DNA from: Cenococcum geophilum
Taxonomy: Eukaryota
DNA: 64,000 nt
Direction of reading: 5' to 3'
Assembly (NCBI GenBank): GCA_050273025.1
Contig: CP158636.1
Span: 3,100,001-3,164,000, forward strand
The notes beneath the pieces are model-generated. The model ran no database searches and was not told the DNA's origin. It worked only from the letters and a program-made list of their open reading frames with translations. Position numbers and translations under genes: made by a program. This document shows, one piece after another, positions 1-13,382 of the stretch. The number at the start of each line of letters is the position of its first letter. Positions within the stretch are counted from its first letter, which is position 1.

Positions 1-95
1 GGAAAGTCGCCGTAAGCACAAGAATTAGAAGAAACATTCGACTGACTACGCAGCGAACAATGAGATTCACTCTCTACCCAGCGACTGGAAGATAA
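1..95 (+). CDS. Possible 3' end of a gene entering from the left (last intron plus short terminal exon); product unknown
   Basis: GTAAGC donor at 12, ACTGAC branch at 41, CAG acceptor at 51-53. One frame reads ..KVA|RTMRFTLYPATGR* ending at 95. The frame cannot be fixed from this window. Confidence 0.35.
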   Translation, partial: KVAVSTRIRRNIRLTTQRTMRFTLYPATGR

Positions 96-728
96 GCGCT
101 GGGCACACAGCACAACTACTTGCGGTATTGGCAGGCGCATCGGCAGGATTTCAGTCGGGGCTCCATTGGCTAATGCGCATGTCTGGGCGCTCGGTTTGTT
201 TCGACAACTCGTGCTCACAGTCCAAGGCAATTTCTCTGCCGCTTTTCAATTTCTTTTTTTATGTGCTGTAATTGAGCACGTTTGTGTCATGCACAAACCA
301 AAACTTTCTTCCCGCTCTTCCATCCCTCAGTGATAGAATCGATCACGTGTATTTGAAATCATTTGGATCTGAGCTTAGGTAGCGGGTTAACTAAGACAAA
401 AGATATTATGAGATAATGCAAAAGGTTCGTTTGCCGCTGATTCACCGCACCAGTCTACAAGCAGAAAGCGAAATTTGTCCAAAGGGTTGAATCCCATATT
501 CATTAAATCCCAGCCATAACTAGCGTGACTGATTCCTATACCCCGAGGCACCATGCTACATACAAAAAAAGCGATGGGATAAAAGGAAACCCCCGATGCC
601 GTAGAGGCTTCCATGGATATCATGCGTGCCCAAACCCCAAATTCCACTCCGAATCGTAGTTGAAGAAAAGTTTCATACACAAGAAAGCCCAAAGCCCAAA
701 CCCACCCAGCCCGCAAAAACTGCGGTAT

Positions 729-2975
729 CTACAACTTCCTAATATTCCGGCTGATCATGACGACCAACCCGGCGACAATCTTGATGCCAATCCGCAGCAC
801 CCACACCACCGTCTTAAACGCAACCCCCAGCACGGTGATGATCGTCCGCGTGATAAAAGGCAGGCCGTCCTCCTTATCCTGCTTCGTTTTCTTCGCACCC
901 TTCTGCTTCCCATCCTCCGACTGCCCGTACCAATTCTCCATCTCGATATCCTTCTCATGCGGCGATGCATGGCCCGTACGACTGCTGCGCAGACTCCACT
1001 TGCGGCCGGGTTTCGACTTGACCTTCCCCGCGCCAAAGGCCTCGAGGCCCTCGACGAAGCTCTCCTTCAGCGACGCGGCGCTGGACCTTGGTTTCTGGCC
1101 GCTGAGCAGGCTGCTCGGGGGCGGCGGCTCGAAGTGGGCGTTTGCGTTCTGCGGGGAGCGCGACGCGCGCACGCTCTCGGCCACCGCGACGGCGAGCAGC
1201 GTCGTCGCGGCCACGTCGACCAGGTACGGATTGCCGAAGCGCGTCAGTGCCGCGAGGTTGAGAATCAGCGAGTCGGTCGTGAAGTCGAGCCGTGCGAGGA
1301 CGGCGTCGTCGGCAGCGGCGTCGGTCGTCGTGGCTAGGTCTGCGAGGTCGACTTCTGAGGGCGTGGGCGAGCCGGCGCGGGAGCCGTGGCCGGTGGTGCG
1401 GGAGGGGGAGCGGGGTAGAGGAGGCGGAGGGTTGAAGGCGCGCGGGGAGGAGGGGGAGAGGATGTAGGGGTTTAGCAGCGTGATGGAGCCGGATTTGTTG
1501 CGGGTAGGTTGCTGCATCTGCGGCAGGTTGTGCCCGTAGACGGCGGTGGTGGGCCGGATCGACGGGGTGTTGATGTCGCCGCATTCGCCTTCGAGCTGCA
1601 CGGGGAACACGCCGAGCGTTGGGTGGTGCAGTTGGTATGTGCCTTGGGTCATGGCTTGCGCGAAGGGATTGTTGGTCTGGTGCGAGGGCAGCGGCTCACG
1701 CGTCCATGCTAGAGCGCAGCATTCGCGTTCTGCGGCGCCACGGAGAACATCCTGAGCAAGACGCTCAGCGGCAGGAGATACTGCGCCAGGATCGACCCAG
1801 GCGAGTTGGGAGGCTGCGGGGGAGTTTGCAGCAGCGTCGAGGGCAGCGAGAGCAGCGAGTTTAGGGTAGATTGATGTGAGGAGGGAGGACGAAACTTCGT
1901 TGAATTCACCATATTGCTGGAACGCGGCGTTTGCTGGCGGTGGTGCAACGAGAGAAAGGTGAGTGACCGGAAGGGCTCTAGGCTGGGTAGGATGGTGACG
2001 TTTGATAAGGACTTCGTGTTCTAACTGCTCTTGCATTGCAGAATTGGATGACGGATCAGTGGATTGAGTAAGGCTGTAGAACGGAAGTGAAGGAGTAGGA
2101 CCGAATGATATCATATTGGATGTGGCGGTTGCGCGGTGCATTTTTAGGGTGTATATTTGCACGGCCGGCTCTTCTTGTCCATTGGCGGCCAGCCAGAGAT
2201 TGTCCAGAAGTGGTGCCGGAGTGTAGTAAGGTTTGTACGAAGGACCACTGCTTCCTGGCCCTGGCAGAACATTGCTATGCGGCACATATAACTCTGGTGA
2301 ATATGGTGATCTACTGATCTTCTCCCTGGGAATGTGTGTTGGTGATGTCTCTGTTGGGTGGTAATGCTGTTGGGCCAAAGGAACCGTGGGATTATAAACG
2401 GGAAATATCGACCTCATGGGTGGAGCGTCTTCGGGGCTTACTGGCGATCGATATGTCGCCGCACTATTGGCTCGCACCAATGTAGGGCTTCCTGAACGTG
2501 CTGATACTATGTCTGAGAATGCAGGAGAAGCTGATCGAGTAAGGTCTGGACTTGTGTTTATCGGACCTAGCATTCCATTATAGGTGGGTTGAATTGAAAA
2601 TACTGGCGACGGTGATCTGTTACGGTCTGCGTTGACTGAAGGGGAGGCGGTCCTGCTGTATGTTGGTGTAGGCGCTCGCGGCTGTGGAGGGGGCTCGAAA
2701 GTTGATCTACTTTGTCGTGGTGGTGTCCTAGTAATTTGTGGTCTTGGGATGTGCGCTGATTCGGGAACGGTAACTGAATTAACTTGAATGATAAGCTCGT
2801 GGAAGTCGACCGGCGCTTTCGCACTTTTCGCACTATTTGCACTGTCTGTTCGCTCCCGCTCTGTCGAGGGCTCTGGTGTCGGAGGCTTGACTCGTGGCCT
2901 TCGAATTGGACTTGTCTGCTGCGACGGCACTTTCTGGGGAGGAGGGAACAATTGTAATGTGACCCCGGGAGACAT
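729..2975 (-). CDS. Uncharacterised Pro/Ser-rich fungal protein, 748 aa, with a hydrophobic C-terminal segment
   Basis: Single uninterrupted ATG-to-stop ORF with low-complexity P/S N-terminus, a globular-looking middle, and hydrophobic tail IITVLGVAFKTVVWVLRIGIKIVAGLVVMI. Confidence 0.85.
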   Translation of the reverse strand: MSPGVTLQLFPPPQKVPSQQTSPIRRPRVKPPTPEPSTERERTDSANSAKSAKAPVDFHELIIQVNSVTVPESAHIPRPQITRTPPRQSRSTFEPPPQPRAPTPTYSRTASPSVNADRNRSPSPVFSIQPTYNGMLGPINTSPDLTRSASPAFSDIVSARSGSPTLVRANSAATYRSPVSPEDAPPMRSIFPVYNPTVPLAQQHYHPTETSPTHIPREKISRSPYSPELYVPHSNVLPGPGSSGPSYKPYYTPAPLLDNLWLAANGQEEPAVQIYTLKMHRATATSNMISFGPTPSLPFYSLTQSTDPSSNSAMQEQLEHEVLIKRHHPTQPRALPVTHLSLVAPPPANAAFQQYGEFNEVSSSLLTSIYPKLAALAALDAAANSPAASQLAWVDPGAVSPAAERLAQDVLRGAAERECCALAWTREPLPSHQTNNPFAQAMTQGTYQLHHPTLGVFPVQLEGECGDINTPSIRPTTAVYGHNLPQMQQPTRNKSGSITLLNPYILSPSSPRAFNPPPPLPRSPSRTTGHGSRAGSPTPSEVDLADLATTTDAAADDAVLARLDFTTDSLILNLAALTRFGNPYLVDVAATTLLAVAVAESVRASRSPQNANAHFEPPPPSSLLSGQKPRSSAASLKESFVEGLEAFGAGKVKSKPGRKWSLRSSRTGHASPHEKDIEMENWYGQSEDGKQKGAKKTKQDKEDGLPFITRTIITVLGVAFKTVVWVLRIGIKIVAGLVVMISRNIRKL

Positions 2976-3974
2976 GATTGCAGAAAGAGCTTTGAATTAA
3001 CGACAACAGTCTAGAAATACCCTTTGGACCCAGTAGAGAGAAATATATAATAATATGAGAAAAACAGAGGAAAGATACACCTCAACAAAAACTCAAGAGA
3101 AAAGATCACGGAACCAGCCTGAGGGAAGCCAGATTATCTGGGGATAAACCCATATAAGGTCACTCACTCGCCGTCGTCCCCACAGGCCGCCCGAGAAAGC
3201 AATAGCGGCTCTTAGATCGTTCCTTTGCATATGTCCTGCACGTTTGGTGCTGTTGGGCTAGGGGAACGGCCAATCAACATGCCTGTCGAGTGTGCGGGCG
3301 CTACAGGCCTCAGCGCTTAGATTTTGGTGGTTGGCTGTAAGCGCCCACTCTCGGCAAATCACCGACCTCGGACGGAATAGCTTGACGCCCATGATTCGCA
3401 TAGGGCTTTCGCCCATGCGTAGAGCACCTTCTGCTAGGCATTCTCATGTATGTGACGAAGTTATTCGGACCGAAGCGTCTTTTGTGGCATACTATTCTCG
3501 ACACCCTGGTGATGAGAAGGAAGTAAACGAAGATGGTGTGATGCCAAGCGTAGAGTATGTCGAAAGATTGTTCAATTTTATGCATGTCATCCTGTGCCTA
3601 CTTTCTTACCGTCAGTCTTACGATGCCAATGATAGAATTGATGTCCTGTATGGATGTGATGGCTCAACAGGGTCATGCCTCGTTCAAACAGATCAGCAGT
3701 TTCAATATTGCGACTGAAGAGCGGAATTGAGACTGATGGGTAGAAGGGGTACATTGGAGGCCTTGGGTAGAGCTATTGTTGTATGTGAGTTTGTAGCTAG
3801 CGGTTAGAGAGACGGCGGAGATTTGAGAGACGCAGGAGAGGGGAAGGACAACAATAGAACCCGCTCTAACTCCACATACGGATTAGCTGGACATGTCTTA
3901 TCGATAACACCCACCCGAAAAAGTCTGGGAGCGTCATGGGCGGAACACCCATTACTCGCTCATATATCATTACT

Positions 3975-5374
3975 ATGCCCACCGAATTAGAAGAAGTAAG
4001 AATCAACCCTAAGACCCGTATAAAAACTTATACTAACCAGCCTTTTGCATAGCTTGTTGAGTTCCTCCATCATGGGAATACTCAAATTCGCCAAGTTGGT
4101 AAGGCTCGTAATGCATCTACTATGTGCAACTTTACTGACACCAAATTTCTTCTCAAGCTGCCGAGCACCTCGTCGGATATTCCGCGTCGCATACCACTAT
4201 ATTCAAGAGAGAGCAGTTAGCGCCGGTCAAGGACTTGAAGTTGTTGGTCAAAGATTACGCCGTATGAGATATAATATATCCTGGTGAACATAGCTGATAA
4301 AACAATTGTTAGTCAATAGCTAAGAATGCTTTGACGATCCTGATCAATATCTCCCATGATCAGGAGGTATTGCAAAACCTAGCGAAAGACGATACCTTTC
4401 TCGAAACGCTACTCGTGCGGATAACCGTATGTCAGTTCTCCAAACTCATTGCTTCAACTCCGACACTCAGCGTATTCGTCACTTCAATAATCCTGACAAT
4501 ACCCTCTAGAGCACAAAGGAGCCAAACGCGAACGAGATAGCCATGCTCCTAGCCAACATGGCCAAATCCGACGACATGCAGCGCATCCTGAAGCTGACAC
4601 GCGACGTCCCGAAAGAGCTCTCAACCTCGAAATGGGCGATGGACCAACTACTCGACTGCTTCGTCAAAGGCGCCGAAGGACGCTACAACAAGCACGCTGA
4701 CTACGACTACCTCTCCTACTTCTTCGCTGACCTAGCAAAAGTAGGTCCCCGCCACCCGCGCCCCAGCAGGACGGGATAACTAACATCTCCCGCAGTTCCC
4801 CGAAGGCCGCGCCTACCTAACCACCCCGCAGCCCCACGACAGCGACATCATCCCACTCACCAAACTCACCGTCTTTACCGAGCACGCCTCTACCGTCCGG
4901 CGACGCGGCGTCGCATCCGCCATCAAGAACTGCGCCTTCGACATCCACGTGCACCCGCGGCTGCTCTCTTCCTCGCCCACCGACGGCGTGAACCTGCTCC
5001 CCTACATCCTGCTACCAGTCATGGGCGGCGAGGAGTACAGCGATGAAGACACCGAGGGCATGCTGGACGACCTGCAGCTGCTGCCGCCGGACAAGGAGCG
5101 CGAGAAGGAGGCTGAGATCGTCAAGACGCATTTGGAGACGCTGCTTTTGCTCGCCACGACGCGCGAGGGGCGGGATTTGCTGAGGCGCGTCAAGGTGTAT
5201 CCGATTGTGCGGGAGACGCATTTGCATGTTGATGATGAGGAGGTCAGGGAGGCGTGTGATAGGCTGGTTCAGGTGATTATGAGGGATGAGGAAGGAGAGG
5301 GGGAAGCGGAAGGGGAGAAGAAGGTTGTTGAGATGGAAGAAGATGAGGATGAACAGATTATTGATGTGTTATAG
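3975..5374 (+). CDS. HGH1: Hgh1 (DUF383/DUF384, eEF2 chaperone) homologue; exons 3975-3995, 4053-4098, 4158-4261, 4313-4426, 4510-4740, 4796-5374
   Basis: Spliced translation MPTELEELVEFLHHGNTQIRQ..., YDYLSYFFADLAK, RRRGVASAIKNCAFD, NLLPYILLP, LQLLPPDKERE, VYPIVRETHL and an acidic tail. Five GT-AG introns with branch motifs keep the frame. Confidence 0.92.
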
Positions 5375-6363
5375 CGCGCTCAAATATACGTGCCGAGTTT
5401 CAGATGTTTTGGTGGGTCTTTATGCAGCAGTGGAGGATGCCCCAAATGGCAGTAGAGGTCGTACATCCACACAAGCTACGAACTCATTATTTTAAATCAA
5501 GATTCTTATATATGGCTAGGGTTAATCCTAACGTGTCCAGAGTTCCTAAAGCCTTCAGGGAGTTCATGGAGGGTTGAAGGAGGCCATTGAATTTGGTCTA
5601 TCCTTGAACATGGTAGTATTATTATGTATCGGCCCTGTGATAATACGTGAGTTGTGAGGTAGGAGAAGAAATCCTTAATTCAGAATCCAGTAACAAAACA
5701 AGATACATAGGTCTCCCCACGCTCTGACAAGAAGAATTTGGGAGTTGTGCAATAAATACCAATACACTATCCAGTCAAATGCATTCCTACAGACCAAAAA
5801 GGCGGTACTCTCGTTCAGGCTTAATAACTTACACGCTCTTCCTATACCATATAGTTAGTCTACAAAGGGCGTTCTATATTATAAAATCCTCCTTATAGCT
5901 TCTAGACCGTTCAGTCTAGTCAGCTGCAGTTCTGCACCTATCTTTTACTTTTTCTAGCTGCATACTGGCTGATGCTAACTGTGAGATGCGGGAACAACCT
6001 CGATTCCATCAACCCGTATGAGAGGCCATAAGTAGCATTCCTCGAGCAAGGCTGAATTGCCTTAATTGGGCGCCTTGCTTCCCTTCAACGCGAGATCCTG
6101 TGAGGTTCTGCAAGGCTGAATTACGCAAGGCCTGGTGAGCTGATGCTGCTGTATCTCAACTTCAATACTCCGTAGGATGACAAGCTTTGCAGCTGTCCAA
6201 TCAACCTTAGTCCGTAATCGAAGCTAAATCTCCTCCAAGTGGCTTATCCCTTAGTGTGGCAGAAGTCACTTTTCGTGTTGGGCGCCTTTGGCGCTTTTAG
6301 CATGTTGCAGGCACCCTAGCTAGCGCGATTTTATCAGCAAGCCCACCAAACATTTCAACATTA

Positions 6364-6407
6364 ACGTGCCTCACCCCCAAGCGAGACACCCCCCCAAGCG
6401 AGACACT
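6364..6407 (+). repeat. Left TIR with two internal CCCCCAAGCGAGACAC direct repeats
   Basis: Exact reverse complement of 13339-13382. Confidence 0.95.
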
Positions 6408-7746
6408 CTTAGCTTAACTTACAACTCTAATAACTTTACTAATATTATTATTAAATGAAGTACAAAATATATTTATATAAGCTATTATATTAGTAAAATA
6501 ATATTTAGATTAAAAAATTAAAAAATTATATTCTCCCTACCCTAATAAAATTAATTTAAAATGGCTGTATATCTTATATTACATTTTTTTTATTTTTAAA
6601 CTTAAGGTTATATATTAATTTTTTTTATATTTTTTATATTTTTAATATATTATAATAGTTTATTAATTTTATATATAATTGCAAAGTATATAAAAATAAT
6701 TAGTATTATATATATAAATATATTTTTAAAAAAAAATTAACAAATCTTTTTTATATTAATGTTTTTATATTACTTTAATATGTTATTTTTAACGCTTTTT
6801 ATATTTTTATAATATATATATTAAGTAAAAATAACTAATAAAAATTAATTTTATAAAAATTACTAACTTCTAATATAATAAATATAATATTTTTTTCTTT
6901 TTTATATATTAAAAATTTAAGCTAAGTAATATATAAGTAATTATACATAAATAGTATTAAGTATATTTTCATAATATGACCTATATATATATTTAATAGT
7001 ATATAATTAAAAAACTTAAAAATATTATATAAAATATTATAAAAATATATAATTTTTCTTATTTTCTTAATTTTTCTTTGAGTTTTCTTTAAAAAATTAA
7101 TTTTTATACTTATAATAGTAATATAATAATAATAATATTTATAATATTTATTAGTTTTACATATTATAATTATTTAAAAATACTCTTTTTATTAATATTT
7201 ATTATATTACTATATTACTATACCATTATATAATTACTTAAATTTTTATCTATTAATATATATTATTTATATATGTTATTATACTATTATACTATTATAC
7301 TAATTTTAATAACTTAATATAATATTATATAATAACTATATAATATAAAATAATAATAAATAATAATAAATATAGTAATAATATATAAGTCTATTTTAAT
7401 AATTTACTAATCTACTAAATTTTTATTAAAATTTTATATTAATAATAGTATTATGGATTAGTTTTATATATAATAATAATAATAATAATTCATTGCTTAA
7501 CGTCCGATACGGATCCCTGTTGGGCCTATGCGGACTACTCCTTATTTATATGTGGGGAGAAAACTCTATTTAAGAAAATAAGAAAACCCTGTGATCTATC
7601 TCCCCACCTTTTAGGACTTAACAACTTAGCGCCTGTAAGTCGCCTATAAGTCACCTATGGTGCTCTACTACCTTACTTTTTAACCTCCTTGGGAACCACT
7701 ACTGCCGTAACAAGCCTACGGACGCGCTAGTATTACACACTTTACT

Positions 7747-10700
7747 CTACCACTGTAGAGTTATTAGGGGGCGCCTGCTGCTCGCCCCTTTACCTTCTAT
7801 TACTATTTCCTTTGCAACCCGGAACTAATTTAGCATACTTTAGCTAATAAGCCACTGGGTGACCGCCTTAAGACCTTTTTGTGTTAAGAGCAGTGTATTA
7901 TAGTTCTCTATGCTAGCTACTGAGAGCATTGCCTTTTAGTTAGTGCGTAAGGGGCATAACAGTATTACGTGTTTTAGTGTCTGTCTTGGCCAGCTATATT
8001 CGCATCTTGGGCTACCTACTAGGACACCCACCTAGTAGAGCCAATCTTTTAGTCCTATTACTCCTGTTCTTATAAGTGTTGCCATTATATTTTCTGCCTT
8101 TATTAGGCCTTTACGGAGCCCTTAAGTATTTACCCCCTATGGCGTTAACTATGCTATGGCTTGGGTTTCTCTTGCCTAAGTTAGCCTCTAAACCTTCGAC
8201 TCCTATACGCCTCTCCAGCGTTAGTTCAACCAGTATTGCATTACAGTAGATGGTTTCCCGGCCTTCTTCTATGCTTTATTTTGGCTCCTTTCTCTCTCTT
8301 ACTATTATCTTTACTAACCTCTTACGCATCTCCCTTCCTCCTCTATATAGGCCTGGGCCCTAAAGCAGCACTATTCTTCTTCTGCTTTCTTTACCTACTT
8401 CTCTAATATATCTTCCCTACTTTAGGGTTGTTAGTTTATTCTCCTGCGGGGTGCCCTAGGGTCCCTCTATAGTTTATTTAGGCGTGTCTTAATATACTTT
8501 ATAACATTAGAGTTACGTTTATTTTACGCCCTTTATATTACAGCGGCTTTAATATATAGTTATAGGGGGGGAATATTAGCTTCCTTCTTAAGAAGTACTG
8601 TAAACGTTCGCTTATACCCACCTATTATACTCCAGAGGCAGGCTGTTTAGACCTTTTAGAGTAGTTTAAGGAGTAATTTAGGAGGGCCTTTTTTAGTTTC
8701 TCCAATGGCCCAGATGCTAGATCTATACGTTATGGTTGGCCGGACAACTGCTATATATAGTAGGCGTGACTTCTAGAAGCATGGGCCCCATATAGAATTA
8801 ACGATCCTAGATAATGCGATATACTATGCTTGGCCCTTACGGGCCGCTTGCGCCGCATATACGCTCCACCAGAGCTTGCTGTCTACCTATACTCCTAATA
8901 CCCTTAGGCCCTGAACTGGTTGGCCCCTAAAGCCTTAAATGCAAATTATATGCTAAAGATCTATAGATTAGTTGCGTTTTCTTATAAAATGGATTAGCTG
9001 GTATTTCTCTGGTAAGAATTGGACTCTATATCGTCTTGCCTATTCTATATAGGTATTATAGGCTTTCTCTAATATTCTATAATTCTCTGCGGCTGTTGGC
9101 CCGTATATAATTAGGTTTGTGTCGTTAACGAAGCCTATTCCCTAGGTCGCCCCTTCTTTAAAGGAGTTAAGTAGGTTGCTTATAAAGAAAAGGAAGAGTA
9201 TAGGCGAGAGGGGTGATCCTTATAGTATTCCTATTGCAACTGTAATAGGGGGGCTCTAGTATCCGCTAAAGACTAGTAATATTTCTTTCTGGCCTATAAA
9301 ACCTTAAACAAATTATATAATCCATTCTGGGAAGCCCTTTGCCCTAAGAATATATAGGAGGCGCTTATAGGGTATATTGTCGTAGGCACCACTAATATTA
9401 AGGCTAAGCATTAATACTATAAAGTCCTTTCGCATCGCCCATGTAGATTTAATAGTAGTAGCGAGTAGCGTAAGTGCTAATAGTGTTAAGCGGTTCTTTC
9501 TTGCCCCTATTTAGCTTTGTGGTAGTAAAGCGTATTCCTCTACCATGTCTGCTATGCGTTCCGCTATTACCCTTTCTAAAATCTTACTAAGGGTGTTTTC
9601 TAAGGCAATAGGGCGGTAGCTTCCTAGGATTAAGTAATCTGCTTTACCTTTTTTTTGTAGAATAACCGTCGTTATAGATCTTCCAAGTCATGGGTAGTAG
9701 CCTATAGCAAAGCATACTCTAGCTATATCTGCAAGCTAAGGTGCTATAAGTAGCCTATAGGTTTTTAGGGCCTTATTTAGAATCCCGTCTAGTCCTGGTG
9801 CTATATTATTTAAAAGGCGGCTAATAGTTCTAGCCATTTCCTCTATTATTATATCGCTGTTAACCTATAGGCGAGTCACTAGTGTTTCACCCGTGATGTC
9901 ACTAAGGTCTACTAGAGCCGGTTAGGGGAAGAACCTTTCTATAAGGATCTTTGCCTTCTTATTATTGTTATTTATAGCCTATAATTCTCCTGCTCTTTGT
10001 AGGGGTGGTAGGTATAGGTCTTTTACTAAGCACCCTGTCTTTTTTTTTATCTATTTTGCTATAGCCCAAAGGCCCTTATTATAGGGGAGGCTTGGGTTAA
10101 AAGTATACTCGTTTATAAACCATCTCCAGTTATTCCTTACTTCTTTTTTTAGGGTATTCTTTAGCTAGTTTCTTATGTCTTTATATCGTCTCTTATCTTT
10201 AGGGTTATAGCTACTTATATATTTCCTTCTTACTTGTTGTTAGCTAGTAACTAGAACTGCGTATTATATAGACCATGCGTATTACGCGTAGGGGCCTGGT
10301 TTTAAGACCGGGCAGTGCTCTTCTAGCCTATTTTTAATTGCTACCTAGATCCTTTCTAGTCTTTAGTTAATTTCCTTAGGGGTAGCTAATAAGCCTCGCT
10401 TATTTAGTATTAGGTGGATTTCTTCTAGGTCTTAGAGTTGTTATTTAACTATATTAAGGAAACTATTTGTCTCAAGCTTCCTTATTATATATCTTTTTCT
10501 ATTTAGTTGCGCTTTAGTATCTAGGTCTAGCTATATCTAAATAGGGATATAGTCTAGGGTAAGTGCCTATTTTTCTTTAGGGTTATACCTTTCAAGTCTC
10601 TAGTATAGGCCTTTATCCATAAATATAAGGTTAATTGTACTTCTGGCGGTGCCTTATTACCATATAATTGCTCCTAGGGGGGTAGCCAGCTTAAGGCCCC

Positions 10701-11210
10701 AGATATCTATAGCTCTTAGTAGGCACTCTAACTGTTAATCTTTAGTAATATAGATACCCCCCTACCGCGGGTAGTAGAGGTTTATATCTCCTAATAGAAT
10801 AGACTCTATACCTTCGGTTTCCAGTAAGCTTATTACTAATATAATATTCTCTGTTTGTGGGACCCCTTTAACCCTAGGGTTATATACATTAATAATTTAT
10901 ACCAGTCCCCTATATGTTTGGATTATTATAACTATAATATCTAGGTTAACTATCTACTATAACTATAAGGACAGGCTAATAGCCTTGCTAATTATAAAGC
11001 ATACGTGTATAGCTACTTTTGGTTTATATAGGAGCTGGAATCCTTGGGGGCAGTATATTAATTATATAAAGGTATTATAATACGGCTCTTATATAGCAAG
11101 GATATAGTATTTCTTTAGGTCTAGACTATCTAGTAGGGGCCTTACAAGACGGTGGTTTGTGTTGCCGTAGTTATACTATATAATAGATAGGTGGCGGACC
11201 CCCAGTAAGG
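7747..11210 (-). pseudogene. LINE ORF2 remnant: AP endonuclease, reverse transcriptase, C-terminal Zn knuckle (no RNase H seen); ends approximate
   Basis: Minus-strand motifs ILAI*EPY, LLGDINL..PR*GG, APGLDGI, SYRPIALENTLSKILE, G..*GSPLSPILF, GFVND (FVDD), CE..WPRQTLKHVILLC, with many TAA/TAG stops. Confidence 0.88.
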
Positions 11211-11219
11211 GTCCTTTAA

Positions 11220-12950
11220 CTCTCCTTTATTCCTTACTTCTTCTATTTCCACTTTCTTTAGGATATTTAGAGCTTCTATCTCTTATATCTATACCCTAGT
11301 CACTACTTATTTTATATAGAGCTTTCTATTCCCATATCTTATATTCCTATTAGCGCTTCTATATCTAAATCTGTTATTATTACCGGTTCTTCCCCTATTC
11401 TTACTAGTCGGCTATATACCCTTTATAGGTTAGCTACGAATGTTATATTTATCGCGTTAAGTCTAATTCTTAATTGTCCTGGTTTTAAGCCTGCTGTTGC
11501 TATTTATAGGGGTCTTCCTACGGGGCGTCCTCTCCCTTATGTCCCCTGTAACCCTTATATCCCTAATTAGTCTAGTAATATTACGCGGCGTCGCTTCTAG
11601 CCCGTTAAGGCTTAGGATGGCTAGCCTAGCCCTCTAGTGTTAAAGGTAGGAAACGCTAGAAAGGTATCTGCGTCCCCCTAGCTTATTACCTATTATTTCC
11701 ATTTATATAACCTAGCGTGCAGTTATTCCCGTAGCTGTTAAGCCCTTACCTTCCGTCTCCTATATTTAATACAGTCTTCTCTCTCCTACGCCTTATATAT
11801 GCTTTGGTGGCAGTTTACGCATTTTATTTAGTCTTAATTTAAGCAGTATCTCGTATTATAGGGGCCTGCACAGTAGCCGTAGCACACCTGTACTGCGCAT
11901 ATAGATTAGGTATGTCCCTATTATATACAGCAATAGCATTATTCTAGGCGTAGTCTGTGGTTATAGAGCCTTATATTATATATAAGGCCATTTATAATTA
12001 TTCCTTTTTAGATAAGGAGTTTTTGCATTCCTAGTATATATATACTAACAATAAGGGAGCTATGCGTTTATCCGGCGTCTCCCTAGCGAGTCTCCGGCGA
12101 CCTTTATATCCTCTTATTATTCTTATTATATACTTAGTTTACATTTTCTTATTAAAGCTATTAGATTTGGGTGATTCCAAGTCCTAGTATAAGGCGTTCC
12201 GTTTGTCTTACTATCTCCTATATAATTGCTATATTATCTACCTAGCGTCCCTTTTCTACCCTAAGGCTTATAGGGACCGCTAAGACTTTAACTAGGTAAT
12301 CCTTACGAAGTACTTTTATACCAATACGTTCTCCTAGCCTATCCCCTACCCTTACGGCTCGTTCCTTTGCCTATTAGTCCTTTAGGGTAACTCTAATATC
12401 TCCGCTCTTAAGGTATTAGACTATAACAGCGTTATAGACCTCTTTATGAATCTCTATAAGGACTTCTGTTTCTAATTATCCCCTAAGCCCCTCTACTTAT
12501 TCTGTGTTTAGTTATATTATAATTATATACCCGGTTATTAACTTAAGGGGGGTAGGTTCCCTATGCTATAAAAGCACAGCTATAGCGGCCTAGGTGCGGT
12601 TCGCTAGTAAGGGGGGGTTATACTTATTTTTAATTTTACTTAGCCGTTAGAGGATTTAATTAAGGGTTTGCTAAAGGGGCGCCTAAGGTTCGCTAGACTA
12701 GCGGAGCTATTCTACTAGCTATATTAGTTCATTATAGCTAATAGTTACTCCCCCGCAATTCTAGATACTAGACGCGTCTAATAGGCTTTATATTTTATCA
12801 GATGCCTTCTTAATAGAGGTATTTCCGCTTTATAGTGTGGTATTCGCCCGTCTTTGTTGTGGAGGGCCATTGCTGGGCGTAGTTCTAGCGGTCGCGCGCG
12901 AGTGCGAGCCACCGTCGTTCGACGTGTGCCTCCCCTGCGATGCATGCATC
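11220..12950 (-). pseudogene. LINE ORF1 (gag-like) remnant; ends approximate
   Basis: RIP-mutated Cys/His knuckle cluster at about 11840-11945, upstream of ORF2. Confidence 0.7.
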
Positions 12951-13338
12951 TCAGGGGGATTCTCTGGGTGTTTTTCAGGGTTCTTTTGGTTGGTTTTAGT
13001 CTTTTTGGGCCGGGTGTAGCAAGAGCTCCAGCAGTATATATCTTATTAAGAATAAGACGTTATATGTGGGTTAATTTTAGTTTTATATATATAAGTGATT
13101 TATTATAGATATGTAGATATATATAAAATATAAAAAATATAAAAAAGTAAATTTTTAAATAGTAAATAGCTTATTTATTACTATTTTTAATAAAAAGTTA
13201 ACTAAATTAATAAAAAATAAATATATATAAAAAATAAATATTTTTTTTTATAAAAATAATTTCTATATATTAAATAATTATATTAATAGTTTTTTTTTAT
13301 TAAATTATTTATTAGGGGGGTATTAGTTAAGGATAAAC

Positions 13339-13382
13339 AGTGTCTCGCTTGGGGGGGTGTCTCGCTTGGGGGTGAGGCACGT
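13339..13382 (-). repeat. Right TIR
   Basis: Exact reverse complement of 6364-6407. Confidence 0.95.

Larger units (their letters stand above)
7471..13030 (-). mobile_element. Tad1-like LINE, copy 1, near full length, RIP-inactivated
   Basis: (TAA)n tail at 7471-7488, ORF1 and ORF2 remnants, colinear with copy 2 up to AAGAGCTCCA (13030 vs 63870). Confidence 0.92.
6364..13382. mobile_element. Tc1/mariner superfamily (pogo/Fot1-like) DNA transposon with RIP-saturated interior, interrupted by a LINE
   Basis: Identical 44-bp TIRs starting ACGT, TA TSD at 6362-6363 and 13383-13384. Interior 6410-7470 and 13035-13335 is almost pure A/T and no transposase is readable. Confidence 0.9.

Noticed and set aside
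660..1948. Overlapping ORFs on both strands (225, 236, 209 aa and others)
   Set aside because: Shadow frames of the GC-rich part of the 748-aa gene.
3292..3717. 141-aa and 91-aa ORFs in the divergent promoter region
   Set aside because: The longer one has a non-ATG start; neither shows a recognisable motif or splice support.
5680..6300. Minus-strand frame that could be repaired by reverting stops to Gln
   Set aside because: Any stop can be reverted this way and no recognisable domain emerges.
12837..13108. ORFs at the LINE 5' end (also 63677-63859)
   Set aside because: Antisense to the LINE 5' region with non-ATG starts; repeated only because the LINE is repeated.
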